29,837 bases of DNA from an uncultured Bacteroidales bacterium (GTDB lineage Bacteria; Bacteroidota; Bacteroidia; Bacteroidales; ML635J-15): assembly GCA_964368115.1 (NCBI GenBank), contig CAYJBL010000002.1:10949-40785 (forward strand), read 5' to 3'. Shown piece by piece: positions 29,646 through 29,837 of the stretch. Both the position numbers and the translations under genes were made by a program. Under the pieces are notes generated by a model. It was not told the DNA's origin and searched no databases. It worked only from the letters and a program-made list of their open reading frames with translations. The stretch's first letter is position 1. The number at the start of each line of letters is the position of its first letter.

Positions 29646-29837
29646 ATGAAAAATAAAGAAATAGTAGGTTTAACCACTAAAGAAATCGTTGAAAAAATCG
29701 AATCCGAAAAATTTAATTTACTTAAATTAAGGATGGGACACGCAGTTTCTCCATTAGAGAATCCACAACGATTAAAAGAAGTGAGAAGAATAATTGCAAG
29801 GTTAAAAACAGAACTTCGCAAAAGAGAATTAACAGAG
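29646..29837 (+). CDS. rpmC: 50S ribosomal protein L29, 3'-truncated by the window edge (absent from the ORF track)
   Basis: ATG at 29646 gives MKNKEIVGLTTKEIVEKIESEKFNLLKLRMGHAVSPLENPQRLKEVRRIIARLKTELRKRELTE, with no stop before the end; it follows rplP. Confidence 0.95.
   Translation, partial: MKNKEIVGLTTKEIVEKIESEKFNLLKLRMGHAVSPLENPQRLKEVRRIIARLKTELRKRELTE

Noticed and set aside
2339..29821. Remaining short minus-strand ORFs in the track (60-108 aa)
   Set aside because: Nearly all lie antisense to well-supported genes or span terminators, and none shows recognisable motifs.

Overview
This is an AT-rich, gene-dense chromosomal window from a Bacteroidota organism, probably an anaerobic Bacteroidales-type. 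The evidence is TAnnTTTG promoters, T9SS genes and the rpsL-rpsG-fusA-rpsJ order without tuf. Positions 1-8388 encode the 5'-truncated C-terminal ~2,795 aa of a giant SprB-repeat surface protein with a type-B T9SS C-terminal domain, followed by its cognate PorP/SprF gene. Next come a flavin-reductase-like lipoprotein (minus strand), a probable outer-membrane beta-barrel, waaA, a B12-dependent class II ribonucleotide reductase, a ComF-family protein, a four-gene 2-oxoacid:ferredoxin oxidoreductase (Vor-type) operon, pckA, a secreted alpha/beta hydrolase, and the str/S10 ribosomal cluster (rpsL to partial rpmC). I found no RNA genes, CRISPR arrays or mobile elements, and cannot claim a wholly new system. 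The most notable observations are: (i) nrdJ is frameshifted by an apparent 8-nt microhomology deletion that separates its Cys-rich tail; (ii) a cysteine co-loss pattern in the adhesin suggests a chain of inter-domain disulfides; (iii) the adhesin has near-identical, mosaic 249-bp DNA repeats plus an older two-domain super-repeat; (iv) DnaA-box-like TGTTAAWAA repeats lie upstream of nrdJ; (v) one transcript is probably leaderless; (vi) the str-operon EF-G is unusually divergent. Family assignments rest on recognised motifs, not database searches.
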